A stretch of DNA of 64,000 nucleotides from Octopus vulgaris (Eukaryota): contig OX597830.1 in the NCBI GenBank assembly GCA_951406725.2, forward strand, positions 69,378,001 through 69,442,000, written 5' to 3'. The notes beneath the pieces are model-generated. The model did no database searches. It was given only the letters and a program-made list of their open reading frames with translations, and was not told the DNA's origin. Position numbers and translations under genes: made by a program. This document shows positions 12,751 through 25,772 of this stretch, piece by piece. Numbering within the stretch: position 1 is the stretch's first letter; the number at the start of each line of letters is the position of its first letter.

Positions 12751-13959
12751 AAATATATATATATATATATATATATATACTATCGTGACCTGTTGGGTCA
12801 CCAGGGATGTTTGAGTTTCCCAGCAATGAAGTTTTGTTTTGTGAGTTTTTTCCTCCTTTTCCAGGTTATTTTGCGTGCTTTCAACGAATGTCACATTGAA
12901 ATCATGTGTAAACAGCTCCTTTCCCCAAGAAAGGAAAGATTTGGCTGCTATTTCTTGCATGCCCTGCTACCACATAACTGGTATTCCGGGTCCTTTATTG
13001 CAAACATCTGTTAAGTGGTAGCTGGGCGTGCTAGAAATAGCAGCTAAATCTTTGAAGATGAGATATGTTGAATGCACTCAAAAGAAATCTATAGAAAAAC
13101 TATTTCACACGATGGTTACAAACGAGTCTTTTATGAAATATTTACCGTACTTTTAAAGGCATTTTCACTTAGAAATATTTTGTCCATCATAATGTGCCTA
13201 ATGGAAAGGTTTGAGTTTCTTCCCTTTCAGGATTAAGTTATTTTCGGAATATTTTCCCATTATGAACCGTTTGGGTTATTTATACCAGCAAAATCCCAAA
13301 TATCTCAATAACCACTGGTCCGATCGATGTGAAACTTATTTTATTTCATTTGCATTCACATTTCAGGGGCACTTTACTTTCAAAATATTTTCCCATTATA
13401 CACCAGTTTGGTTGTGTAATATTGCAAGCCAGCAAGCAAGATCAAAGTTCATTTTTAATGCATTTTATATATACATACATGTGTCTGTGTGTGTATGTAT
13501 GTGTGTGTTTGCATATATGCTAACATTTAGATGCATATATACCTTTTGTTTGTTTCAGTCTTTGGATCCAGCCAGGGTTTAGTCAAACAAATTGAGATTG
13601 AAACCTCCACCTTTACATTAGATTACTACTTACCAACACCTTTGACCTAATGGGTAACGGTGTTGGTAATTAATAACCTAAACATCATCACTTAACGTCT
13701 ACTTTCCATGCTGGTATGGGTTAGACAGTTTGACTGGAGCTGGTAAGCTGGTGAGCTGCACCAGGCTCCAGTCTGTTTTATCTGATTTCAACTTCCAAAG
13801 GGGCCAGATTTGCATTTCTTCCTTTCAAGAGTATTGCAAGATGAGTGGTACTATTTTGTCTGCAAATCTTATATAAGAGTATGTCCCTCCTAGAAGAGTT
13901 GCTGTCTATGTAGCTTTGCCAAAAATGATGGGAGACTCCTCTACCCCTGGGAAATCTAT

Positions 13960-14187
13960 TTAACTCTTTCGATACCAACCCGGCTGAAACCGGCTCTGGC
14001 TCTGAGTACAAATGTCTTGTTTTCATAAGTTTTGAATTAAAATTTTCCAGCAACCCTTAGTCACAATTTATGTTCCTAACACTAGCAGAATGATAACCAA
14101 GTTATTTTACTAAATTCTTTGTTATATTTAAAGTAAATGAAGGAAACACAGAGCATCTCAAAATAGATACAGTAACGAAAGGGTTAA
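13960..14187. mobile_element. piggyBac-type MITE
   Basis: TTAA-CTCTTTCG ... CGAAAGGG-TTAA termini; near-identical copy at 16564-16792. Confidence 0.85.
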
Positions 14188-14325
14188 CATATATAATGGC
14201 CAAATTCTAAGCAGTGGATTGGTAGAATTTATAGAATGCTGGATGGGACAACCTTGTGGTGTTTGTGGCTATTTGCATTCTGGAAGTATGTTTCTGATGA
14301 TGCTGATGCCAAGCTGCATCAGCCT

Positions 14326-14802
14326 TTAACTTTTTAGCATTCAGATTATTCTGTCAAATTCCCATGGGGTCAAGTGGTTAGAATTCCTGGCTTTCACCCA
14401 GGTGGCCCGGTTTCGATTCCCAGCATGGGAATGTTAATTTTGCACTACACTCACGGAGTGGTTGGCATTAGGAAGGGCATCCAGCTGTAGAAACACTGCC
14501 AGATCAGACTGGAGCTTGGTGCAGCCTCCTGGCTTCCCAGACCCCGGTTGAACCATCCAACCCGTGCTAGCATGGAAAACGGACATTAAACGATGATGAT
14601 GATGATGTAATGCTTATTTATTCACATTGTTTTGAATTTATCCAGCATTATCTTGTAGCTTTGAGAGTTCGATTAAGCGACTGTATATTTTTTTGACAAA
14701 CACTTGTAGGGTAGGTGTGAGAGGCTGGATCTGGTCAGTTTGAACATAAAACAGGAAGAATATTTTGGTTGGATATGGCCAGTTCAAATGCTAAAGGGTC
14801 AA
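14326..14802. mobile_element. piggyBac-type MITE (second family) interrupted by a tRNA/RTE insert
   Basis: TTAACTTTTTAGCATT ... AATGCTAAAGGGTCAA termini; insert at 14360-14606. Confidence 0.75.
14360..14431 (+). tRNA. tRNA-Glu(TTC) retro-pseudogene
   Basis: Acceptor stem TCCCATG/CATGGGA and anticodon arm CCTGG-CT-TTC-AC-CCAGG are intact. U8>G and two T-stem mismatches (including G53>T) argue against function. Confidence 0.85.
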
Positions 14803-15529
14803 GGAAGGCCATGAATTTGGATGACATTGGCGGCAAAGAGGCAGAATATTTGTATGCATGCACAACTGACAGTCTTCCACAAAAACTTCCTGGTTCAGGC
14901 TTGTCCATCACCATCATCATTGTTTGTCATCATCATCATCGTCATCATCATTTAACGACCACATTTCCATGCTTGCATGGGTCAGACATAGTATATTTGA
15001 AGCAGATTTTCAACAGCTGGATGCCCTTCCTGTTCCCAGGCCTAATCTCTGTTTCCCTGATTAGGTAACCTTTGCCTATGACAAGTCATGTTCCCACAGA
15101 ATACTGGATATGAGTAACACTGTGTAAATGACAGTGACGCTCATTCACAACTATCACATGATGTTCAAGACAAGGAAAATCAAAAACACACACATGCATT
15201 TATGTGTGTGTGTGTGTGTGTGTGTATGTGTGGAGGCACAATGGCCCAGTGGTTAGGGCAGCGAACTCGCGGTCGAAGGATCGTGGTTTCGATTCCCAGA
15301 CCGGGCGTTGTGTGTGTTTATTGAGCGAAAACACCTAAAGCTCCACGAGGCTCCGGCAGGGGATGCTGGCAACCCCTGTTGTACTTCTTCACCCCCAACT
15401 TTCTCTCACTCTCTCTTCCTGTTTCTTGAGTAACACTGCGATGGACTGGCATCCCGTCCAGCTGGGGGGAACACATACGCCACAGAAACCGGGCACATGA
15501 GCCTGGCTAGGCTTTAAAAGGGCACACAA

Positions 15530-15573
<44 letters not shown>

Positions 15574-16563
15574 GGCTTCTTTCAGTTTCTGTTAACCAAA
15601 TCCACTCAAAAGTCTTTGGTCAGACCACAAGACTATCATAGAAGATGCTTGAGTCAAATTGTATGTCTTGGAACCAATAACCAACATAAGTTGAGCAATA
15701 CCTCACTTTATGAGGGCCTGCTTTATGAAATCCCGGGTTTATGAATTTATTTTTCAAGCCCAAGATCCAAATTTTGAATGAAGTGCAAAAGTTTCTTCTA
15801 CCATAACAAATGCTTCTGCATGTTACCAAGACATTTATAAAGAGCAAAAAAAAATATCTATTTTCTAAGCAATTTTAGACTTGTCTTTTAAAAGGAAATC
15901 TACAAGTCCATCTATGAGTGCTTGTGAGTTGGCGAACACATCTACAAGTGATGGTGTGCAAGAGTCTAGTGTGAGTGAAAGTGATTCAGAAAACGACTAT
16001 TATAATATTTTTTTTTATTATAAATGACCTTCACGTTCCTTTTAGTTTACATAAAATATTCTTTACATTTTACAGTTGCTTTATTGCCATTTATTTACTA
16101 GTATTATAAATTTTATAGATTAAACATTTTTCTGGGAATGTATTACAATTTATAAAATTGCTATTATGGGAAATTACTACTCTGCTTTACAAACTTTTGC
16201 TTTACAAGCGATCTCGGGGAATAAATAAATTGAGGCATTATTGTATGTCTGTACTGTATATGTGCATATAGCTGTATAGTCCTCTAACTCTGCTTTTCCC
16301 ATCTACTTCTGCCTAAATATAAGTGTACATACATATCAATGAATGCAAATGTGAATAGTTCTTGTGAAGGCATGCGGTGATGGTATTTAGCTCATGATCG
16401 TAAGGTCGTAAGTTCAATTCTAGTGATTGCTGTGTCCTTGAGCAAGACACTTTATTTCATGTTGCACCAGTCTACTTAGCTGGCAAAAATTAGTATTACC
16501 TGTATTTCAAAGGGCCAGGCTTATCACATTCTGTTTTCATGCTGAATCTTCTTAAGAGCTACA

Positions 16564-16792
16564 TTAACCCTTTCATTACCAACCAAGGTGAAACCACCTC
16601 TAGCTCTGTAGTACAAATATCTTGTTTTCATAAGTTTTGAATTAAAATCTTCCACCAAACCTTAGTCACAATTTATATTCCTAACACTAGCTTAATGATA
16701 TCCAAGTTATTTTACTAAATTTTTTGTTATATTTAAAATAATTGAAAGAAACACAGAGCATCTCAAAATAAATACGGTAATGAAAGGGTTAA
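16564..16792. mobile_element. piggyBac-type MITE nested at a TTAA inside a SINE (~16368-16895)
   Basis: TTAACCCTTTC...GAAAGGGTTAA; the SINE sequence resumes after the TTAA. Confidence 0.88.
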
Positions 16793-17007
16793 GGGTACAC
16801 ATGTCTATGGAGTGGTCAGCTACTTGCATGTTAATTTAATGAGAAGGCCGTTCCATCAATAGGATCAACTGGAATTCTTGTCATTGTAACAGACAGAGTA
16901 TATAGTTCCATATGTATCTACAGAGGCAATGATTCATTACATGTATATATATTTAAAAGAGTTGATAAACAAAAGCACTAAAAATAGATTAATAAAAATA
17001 TATTTAC

Positions 17008-17130
17008 ATCTTGTTTATTTGACTCCATACTTTTGATTAAACGTGTAATTCCATTACGCATTCCAGAATAAGAATCTTTACGCGTGAGAGACATGAAATC
17101 AGTGCCATTGGCAACACAATGGGCTGTTTT
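17008..17130 (-). CDS. UGP2: UGP2 N-terminal exon, 123 bp, phase 0/0
   Basis: Stop-free KTAHCVANGTDFMSLTRKDSYSGMRNGITRLIKSMESNKQD resembles the invertebrate UGPase H...F..LT.RD N-terminus. Strong TTTTCTCTTTCAG acceptor and GTAAAT donor; in frame with the next exon. Confidence 0.8.
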
Positions 17131-17419
17131 CTGAAAGAGAAAAGGAAAAAGGGAAAATGTTTAGATGCTATATAGTAAAATATACAACTTTGGAAAACAA
17201 TAAACTGGGGAAAAAAATGTTCATTATGAGGCTTGCATTTATATCAGTGTATATGAATATATATGTATGTGGATGGTATAAAAAAAGTATAAAGAGTTAA
17301 TAGATGAGCTTGAGAGGATCTCTATTTAGAGAACGCTTAGTAGAATGATGCAAATAAACAGATAAAACTCCTTAAACATTAAAAATCAATGGAAGTCAAG
17401 TACACAAACATCAAACATC

Positions 17420-17836
17420 AAAAATCAATGGAAACTGCAGTTGTGATCCCTGTGCCAGTGGCACGTAAAAAGCACCATCCGAACATGGCTGATGCCAGCG
17501 CCGCCTAGACTGGCTTCTGTGCCGGTGGCATGTAAAAAGCACCATCCAAACGTGGCCGATGCCAGCGCCACCTTGACTGGCTTCCGTGCTGGTGGCACAT
17601 AAAAAGCACCAATCCGATCGTGGCCATTGCCAGCCTCACCTGGCACCTGTGCCAGTGACACATAAAAAGCACCCACTACACTCTCGGAGTGGTTGGCGTT
17701 AGGAAGGGCATCCAGCTGTAGAAACACTGCCAGATCAGACTGGAGCCTGGTGCAGCCTTCTGGCTTCCCAGATCCCCGGTCGAACCGTCCAACCCATACT
17801 AGCTTGGAGAACGGATGTTAAACAATGATGATGATG
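17420..17836 (+). mobile_element. RTE 3' UTR fragment with 67-bp internal repeats and (GAT)n tail
   Basis: Same sequence follows RTE ORF ends at 12300-12750 and 63570-64000. Other copies at 31271-31660 (-), 32928-33350 (-), 46540-46985 and 55490-55840. Confidence 0.85.
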
Positions 17837-19082
17837 AATATATATAAATGTATTACATGTAAGTAAAGAAAAGGCAAAGACAAAAAATTTTCAGATGATT
17901 TAGACCATAACCATGTGGTCTATGCCAGGGGTGTAACCAGCCCACTTATGCGTACGTTTCCTTCATTGGACACTAAACTCTGCTTGCAAAGACCTCTTGA
18001 GGTAAGGGAAATTGAAATGAAATTCGATGACTGGCATCCGTGCTAGTCCAGCGCTAAGCATACCATTCGAGCATGATTGTTGCCAGAGCAACAAGCTGAC
18101 CTCCGTGCCGGTGGCATGTAATAAACACCATTTGAGTGTGATCGTTACCTGTGTTGCCCTATTGGCACTTGTGCTGGTGGCACATGACAAAACATTTGAG
18201 CGAGGTCATTGCCAGAGCAGCTGGACTGCTTCCAGTGCAGGTGGCATGTAAAAAAACACCATAGAAAATCTATTTTAGTCATGGGATCATGGAACAGTAA
18301 ATGTAAGCAGATGAAGATGACAATAGCAACAAGAGTAATGATGATGATGATGATGATGATATTATAAGTGAACAAAGGCAGAAACACCACTATCGCCCAC
18401 CACTACCATCACCACTACCATCACCACTACTGTCACATTCACCACTTCTACCACTATCACCATTACCACTTTCACTGTCACTGCCACAAAAAAAAAAAGA
18501 AAAACAAAACTGGATTGCTATGGCTTAAACATCTTTGATCATGGGTCAGATCAGCTAGGAATAGCCTTGGATTAAACAATAACAACCTGCAAGGTAAGAA
18601 CAGAAGAAAACTGAAGTGGCATTAACTGATGGCTAAAATTACAGTGGGAGATTATGACAAAATATAGGGCGAAATGCTTAGCAGTACTTCGTCTGTCTTT
18701 ATGTTCTGGGTTCAAATGTCGCTGAGGTCAACTTTGCCTTTCATCCTTTCAGGGTCGATAAATTAAGTACCTATTTCTTTATTACCCACAAGGGGCTAAA
18801 CACAGAAGGGACAAACAAGGACAGACATAGGTATTAAGTTGATTACATCGACCCCAGTGCGTAACTGGTACTTAATTTATCGACCCCGAAAGGATGAAAG
18901 GCAAAGTCGACCTCGGCGATAAATTAAGTACCAGTTGTGTACTGAGGTCGATCTAATCGACTGCCCCCCACTCCTCCTAACTTTTGGGCCTTGTGCCTAG
19001 AGTAGAAAAGGATTATTATAAGTGAACAAAAGCTATAGTCATGCATGAAATACTTTAGATGAAGACTGAAGGTTAGACAATA

Positions 19083-19576
19083 TCTATATATATAAAACTC
19101 AGTTGTGTAGTGTCATGTCCCTTGATTTAGAAACTCCTCCCACATTTTGCGGTGCAGTTTAACCAAATTCGGTATCTTATAGTCGTGATTCATATCGAGC
19201 CCGTCTGACTATTAGCGCGCGTCAACGATGAGTCTACGATTTTAAAAATAATTTAACATCATTTTTTATTCCATTTTAATGCATAAAATGCATCGTATGT
19301 CGATGGCGGCGGAGTTGGCGTCCACGCTCACAGCTGCACCTGTTTGCTTCTCCCCCTTCACTCCCTTGTGAAGCTGTGGGGAAGGGAGTGTAAAGAAATC
19401 AACGTCGTAATGCGTTGTGAAGGAAACCAGCGTTCTTTTAGAACAACGACTTCATGGCTTGAAGACACCAAAACAAAAATGGCTAAGAAACGAATTTATA
19501 AGGGAAGTAACTCTCTAAAAATGCTTATATAGTTATTTCCCTTACAAACCCGAGCAACGCCGGGCGATACTGCTAT
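19083..19576 (+). mobile_element. Non-autonomous Helitron, longer variant
   Basis: 5' A|TCTATATATATAAAA and the same 3' hairpin as 5650-6054 (ends CTAT); carries an extra ~200-bp GC-rich segment. Confidence 0.85.
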
Positions 19577-21406
19577 ATATATATAAAAATAAGAGTGCAT
19601 ATTTTAAGTCATAAACCACAAAAGTATTATGTTCCATAATAAACACAAACAGTTTTATGGAAGCAGTAATGTGAAGCAAAGACAAAAACCAAATTTTAGG
19701 TTAGTTCAAATATATTTGTGACATATTTTAACTTCTAGAGGTAACTTCACTGTCGTTTACCATGGAGAAAAAAATTCACACTTATTGTAAAGGTGTAAAT
19801 ATACCGTTATTATTATCATCTCAGAGGCACTCTCTCTCTCTCTCTCTTGGACTCCGTAGATGCATTTCTAGTCATTATGCCTTTCCTCTTCAGTAGAAGA
19901 TAATGTAAAGTTTGTTTAGAAATTCTGCCAGATCAAGATTGGAGCCTGGTGCAGCCATCTGGTTCGCCAGCCTTCAGTCAAAATCGTCCAACCCATGCTA
20001 GCATGGAAAGCGGACATTAAACGATGAGGATGATGATGATGATGATGATGATGAACGTCTCTAATTATGTTCTTGATTATTATAATAGTAAATATTCATC
20101 AATAATGTGGAGAAAACATCTATTGACCAGGTTGTAATTAGCCTGAAAAGAACTGGAATTTAACCTCATCTAATTAGCTGTAATAATAAGCATGATGACT
20201 ACAATACTCCAGGGTGAGTTACTAGTCTCTTTAGTACATGTTATACCTACTAGGAATCGTTTCTGTCAGTTGACTGAACAAAATCTCAACAAAGTACTTA
20301 CAGTTTGGTTCAAACTCAAGAACTTTCAGATACTTTATCCCCTTCTCTAATACAATTTTTTCGCAAACGATGATATAATGAAAATTTGTGATGTTGCTGT
20401 AGCAATATAAATGATGTGAACCGAATCCAACAGAAAATGGAAATAATGTAAAAGACTTGATTTTTACCTAATGCCATTGTCACAAACACCATCTCATGTA
20501 AACTGCACCGTTTGAATGTGATTATTCCAAGTAAAATATTCAACAAAATGCATTATATAAATCTAATCAACAAATGATCATGTGACATACACCTAGAGAC
20601 ATCCAGCTTGTGATAGTAATGAATCTCAATGAGGGATATGCATGACATTTGATGCATTATTTAATTGCAGTGTGGTTCATTACAACATAAAATATCATGT
20701 CTGCTCATGGTTTCTTTTGACAAATTCTGTTACCTGTAACTGCTGCTTAAAACCAACATACACAAACTGACAAACACGTACCAACACTCACATAGCAGAC
20801 AAGTATACCACAAAGCATGTCCTTAATAAGTTTCCATACATTATACTAAGACAGACACACTTTGATATGTGGACATATTTATTCGTTTCATTTCATTTCA
20901 TTCATTTTCACATCCATTTTCCCAAGTTAGCATGAGTTAGGTGAGTATATTATTGAGGTTTTACAGCTAGATGCCCTTTCTGTCACTAACTCTTAAATCT
21001 TTTTTCAAGTTAAGGATATTTTATTGCATACATCTTTGAGAGTGCAAAGCTAGCTAGGCAGAAACGTTAGCACGCCGGGCGAAATGCGTAGCCGTATTTC
21101 GTCTACCGCTACGTTCTGAGTTCAAATTCCGCTGAGGTCGACTTTGCCTTTCATCCTTTCGGAGTCGATAAATTAAATACCAGTTACACATTGGGGTCGA
21201 TGTAATCGACTTAATACCTTTGTCTATCCTTGTTTGTCTCCTCTATGTTTAGCCCCTCGTGGGTAGTAAAGAAACAGATGATGGTTGCACTACATCTTCA
21301 TAAACTACATCTCACTCAGAATGGCTACATTTAAAGAATTGCTGAAGCATGGGTCATCATCAGACACTTATGTGTGTGCATGCACACACACACACAAACA
21401 CACATT

Positions 21407-21441
<35 letters not shown>

Positions 21442-21844
21442 TTTGACAATATATCCACTATAAATTTTTTTCTCGACATAAACTCACAATTACATCTTAG
21501 TCATCATACTGAGCTGTTGCCTTCTTCAGGCAGGTGAGTTTTGAACTCAGAACCAGAGAATGCCATAAGAAATCACTTCTGTATTTGTCTCATGATAGCC
21601 AAAGTTCCAGTGGTCTTCTTAACAGTGGCATGACAGAGTTTGGATCCATTCTAGTTCCATAGAGAATGAAGGAGAAGCTTCACCAGCACAGATACTCATT
21701 ACACATCTTACTAATGAATCTCTTACTTTCTACCCTCCCTTATTGGTTAAAAATTTTAACCAGTCATAATTATTCTACGTTAAGTATATTATATTCCTTT
21801 ATTTCCTCCTTCACTTCTTGGTAAAAAAAAAATCAATTATAGTT

Positions 21845-22067
21845 TATAGAAAGGGTGCTGAAAATATCCTGGCTTTAGGTAAAAGAAAATACAGGAGGAT
21901 CAGTTAATTTATGATTTTATTCAACATGTTCCCCTCTCAGATTCACACACTTATTGCAGCAGTCCTTCAGTTTTTCTAAGCTCTGTTAAAGAACTCAAAA
22001 GGCTGGACCTCCAACCAGGCCTTTTATGGTAGCCTTAAAGCCAGGAACTTCTCAGCACCACCTCGTA
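21845..22067. mobile_element. mariner-type MITE
   Basis: TIRs GGTGCTGAAAATATCCTGGCTTTA / TAAAGCCAGGAACTTCTCAGCACC...CGTA with TA ends. Confidence 0.8.
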
Positions 22068-22106
22068 GTTGATTTGTAATTTATCATCCAATTATATTTG
22101 TTGTTA

Positions 22107-22500
22107 CTCTTTTACTCTTTTACTTGTTTCAGTCATTTGACTGTGGCCATGCTGGAGCACCGCCTTTAGTCGAGCAAATCGACCCCGGGACTTATTCTTT
22201 GTAAGCCCAGTACTTAGTCTATCGGTCTCTTTTGCCGAACCGCTAAGTGACGGGGAAAACACACCAGCATCGGTTATCAAGCAATGCTAGGGGGACAAAC
22301 ACAGACACACAAACATACACACACATATATATACATATATACGACAGGCTTCTTTCAGTTTCCGTCTCCCAAATCCACTCACAAGGCATTGGTCAGCCCG
22401 AGGCTATAGTAAAAGACACTTGCCCAAGATGCCACGCAGTGGGACTGAACCCGGAACCATGTGGTTGGTAAGCAAGCTACTTACCACACAGCCACTCCTG
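22107..22500 (-). mobile_element. tRNA-derived SINE, family C (internal TA/TG microsatellite, (GTAAAAGA)n tail)
   Basis: Most abundant repeat. Copies at 23839-24238 (+), 26906-27326 (-), 27596-28001 (-), 32497-32908 (+), 33710-34137 (+), 40212-40597 (-), 44199-44592 (+) and 59830-60198 (-). Confidence 0.9.
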
Positions 22501-22839
22501 AACAACCTTACATAACAAAATGTATGCTTTGATATCTGTCTGAAGATCAATTTATGTATCACCCTTTATATATAGGAAAACAAGTCAAAGAATAGGAAAT
22601 GAAAGACAGACAGACAGACAAGTAGACCAACAGATTGATAGATAAATGTGTGCACATGCGCGTGTGTGTAGGCACCAGCAGAGTTGCATGGTAAGAAGTC
22701 TGGTTCCCAGCAACATGGTTCTAGGTTCAGTTCCACATCATGGCACCTTGTGCAAGGGATTTTCACTTATAAGTCCAGACTGACTAAGGCCTTGTGTGTG
22801 GCATTGAAGAGTGCTAACAACTGCTGGAGCAGTGGGGTT

Positions 22840-23056
22840 GCAGGGGAATATTTTCTGGCCTCGAAGAGAAGAGTCAGTCTTTGAAATGCCATCCTAGCTA
22901 CGTTAACCCTTTCATTACTAACCCGGCTAAAACCGGCTCTGGCCCTTTAGTACAAATGTCTGGTTTCAAGTTCTGAATTAAAATCTTCCGCAGGGGAATA
23001 ATTTCTGGCCTCGTAGAGAAGAGTCAGTCTTTGAAATGCCATCCTAGCTACGTTAA
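22840..23056 (+). repeat. 67-bp direct repeat bracketing a truncated piggyBac MITE end
   Basis: 22840-22906 is nearly identical to 22990-23056, both ending in TTAA; the MITE left end lies at 22903-22989. Confidence 0.9.
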
Positions 23057-25146
23057 GGTTGTGTGTCTTCCAGGAGAGAATCCTGCAAGCTTACTGATAG
23101 TGAGATCCATCAATACCATTCACTTGGAGATCATTGACAACAAGAAGCCAGTGACCTTCAAGCATATGTGATAGATATGGCATACTATTTCCTATCTTGT
23201 ACCAGACTGAAATCTGATATGTTGCTTATCAGTATGTCTTGAAGACAAGAAAATAAAAATTTGGCCCAGGCCATCTAATATTACACAAGACCATCTTCCA
23301 TTTATGGCCTGTTAACTTGTGTTCACTGACACCCAATGCACACTGAATATAAAAACAACAAAATGGCCATGACAGATGAACTTTGATCTGAATTCAACAA
23401 AATCATGGCTAACCTTGTTCTAAACAATAACAATAACAACACTCATGAGGTGAGGTGATATAAAGAAACACAACATCAAATGTGTCCTCCATAGTGACCG
23501 GGGACTTTAACCAAATTTACCCAACATGTAGCTTGCTTTAGAAAACAGTTTGAAAATCTTTTCTCTCTTTCAATATTTGTTGAAAGTTTACATTCAGAGT
23601 TCAAATTCCGCCGAGGTCGACTTTACCTTTCATCTTTTCGAGGTCAATAAATTAAGTACCAGTTGCATACTGAGGTCGATCTAATCGACTGTCCCCACCC
23701 ACCCAAAAAATTTTAGGCCTTGTGCCCAGAGTAAAAAGAATATTTGTTGAAAGGGGACAAACCAAAAGAATCAAAACTAAAAGAAATAAACTAAGAAAAG
23801 AAGGAAAAAATACAAATGTATGCGATTTATTTACAGATAGGTGTAGGAGTAGCTGTGTGGTAAGTAGCTTGCTTACCAACCACATGGTTCCAGGTTCAGT
23901 CCCACTGCGTGGCATCTTGGGCAAGTGTCTTCTACTATAGCCTTGGGCCAACCAAAGCCTTATGAGTGGATTTGGTAGACAGAAACTGAAAGAAGCCCGT
24001 CTTATGTATGTATATATTGTGTGTGTGTATATGTTTGTGTGTCTGTGTTTTGTCCCCCCCAACATTGCTTGACAACTGATGCTGGTGTGTTTACGTCTCC
24101 GTAACTTAGTGGTTCGGCAAAAGAGACCAATAGAATAAGTACTAGACTTACAAATAATAAGTCCTGGGGTCGATTTGCTCGACTAAAGGCGGTGCTCCAG
24201 CATGGCCACAGTCAAATGACTGAAACAAGTAAAAGAGATAATAAATAGGACAACAACAACAACAAAGCAATGAAGGAGCCTCTATGTGGTTGCACGACCT
24301 GCTAGAAATAGCAACCAGGTCTCCCACAAATCACATTCTATTGTCTTAGAACAGGATATGTTAGATCAGTGATTCCCAATGTGGGCTATATGCCCCACTG
24401 GTGGAGCCTGGGAAAATTGTGGTGTGTGTGGGATCCAAAATTTTAATTTTTTTGTGGGACATGGAATTGTTGTCGTCATCATCATCATCATTATCGTTTA
24501 ATGTCCTCCTTCCATGCTGGCATGGGTTATATGGTTTGACAGGACCTGACCACACAGGAGGCCTGCACCATGCTTTTGTGTCTGTTTTGGCATGGCTTTT
24601 ATGACTGCATGCCCTTCCTAACACCAACCACTCCACACCTCAAAATGAATAACAACAACAACAACAACATAAAAAAGGCACCATTGATATCAACATAATA
24701 AAAAAAAGCCGCACATAAACTTCAAAAGCAAATTCAACTGAATTAAACTCTGGTGTAAATAAATAAAATTCGATAAAATTGTTATCATCAACAACAAAAT
24801 GTCGATTTAGGGCACATTGAATAAGATAACTAGGTGTTAAAATAAAATCTTTAGAAATACACGATTGTCGTGAGTGATATGCTTATGCCAGGAAACAACA
24901 ACAACAACAACTACTAATGTATTTGAAATATGAACATTTCTAAGAAATCTTTTGCTGTTTTATTTACAATGGACAACCTTATTCTCTATGATTAACCTAT
25001 TTGTCACAGTTGGCTTTATTTATTCAAGCACGATTTACTTTATCTAACAGTCCTTGTAATCAGGTGGTGTGCTGTAGTCGATCTTGTCAACCTATTTTCA
25101 ATGTTCTTAGTGTGTGCATGCATGTATGTGTGTGTGCATGCATGTA

Positions 25147-25194
<48 letters not shown>

Positions 25195-25537
25195 GCATTG
25201 CCATATTTAGAATGTGTCTGGTATGCACAGTGCATCAATACAATTTAGAAATTACCAGCTTAAAAGCCGCCTGATAGAGCGGCTTTTAAGCTATCTCCTG
25301 TGGGGAGCTCTTCATTAGGCCTTGGGCCCAACAATGACACTTCATGCATTCAGTACATATTAAATTTTATTAAACCTGAACAATATTTTTCAAGCAATGA
25401 ATGATTTTCATCAAAACAATGATATAGTTTTGTCGACTCAGAACTTATTGCAAAGCTGCATGATAAACAACGGCCATCGCCACCACATCTGCCATACACA
25501 CACCATTCAAACTTCTGACGCCACCACCATTAGTACC

Positions 25538-25772
25538 TATTTCTTTACTATCCACAATGGGCTAAACACAGAAAGGACAAACAAGGACAGACAAATGGAT
25601 TAAGTCGATTACATCGACCCCAGTGCGTAACTGGTACTTATTTAATCGATCCCGAAAGGATGAAAGGCAAAGTCGACCTCGGCGGAGTTTGAACTCAGAA
25701 CGTAACAGCAGACGAAATACGGCTACGCATTTCGCCCGGCGTGCTAACGTTTCTGCCAGCTCGTCGCCTTAG
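25538..25772 (-). mobile_element. Full-length family D SINE with 11-bp TSD
   Basis: TSD CATTAGTACCT at 25528-25538 and 25773-25783. Confidence 0.88.

Noticed and set aside
20302-20480. Minus-strand donor sites as the UGP2 first coding exon
   Set aside because: The donor at 20300-20301 has an in-frame stop with no later ATG in phase 0, and ATGGCATTAG|GT is phase 1. It could only be a 5' UTR exon, which cannot be tested here.
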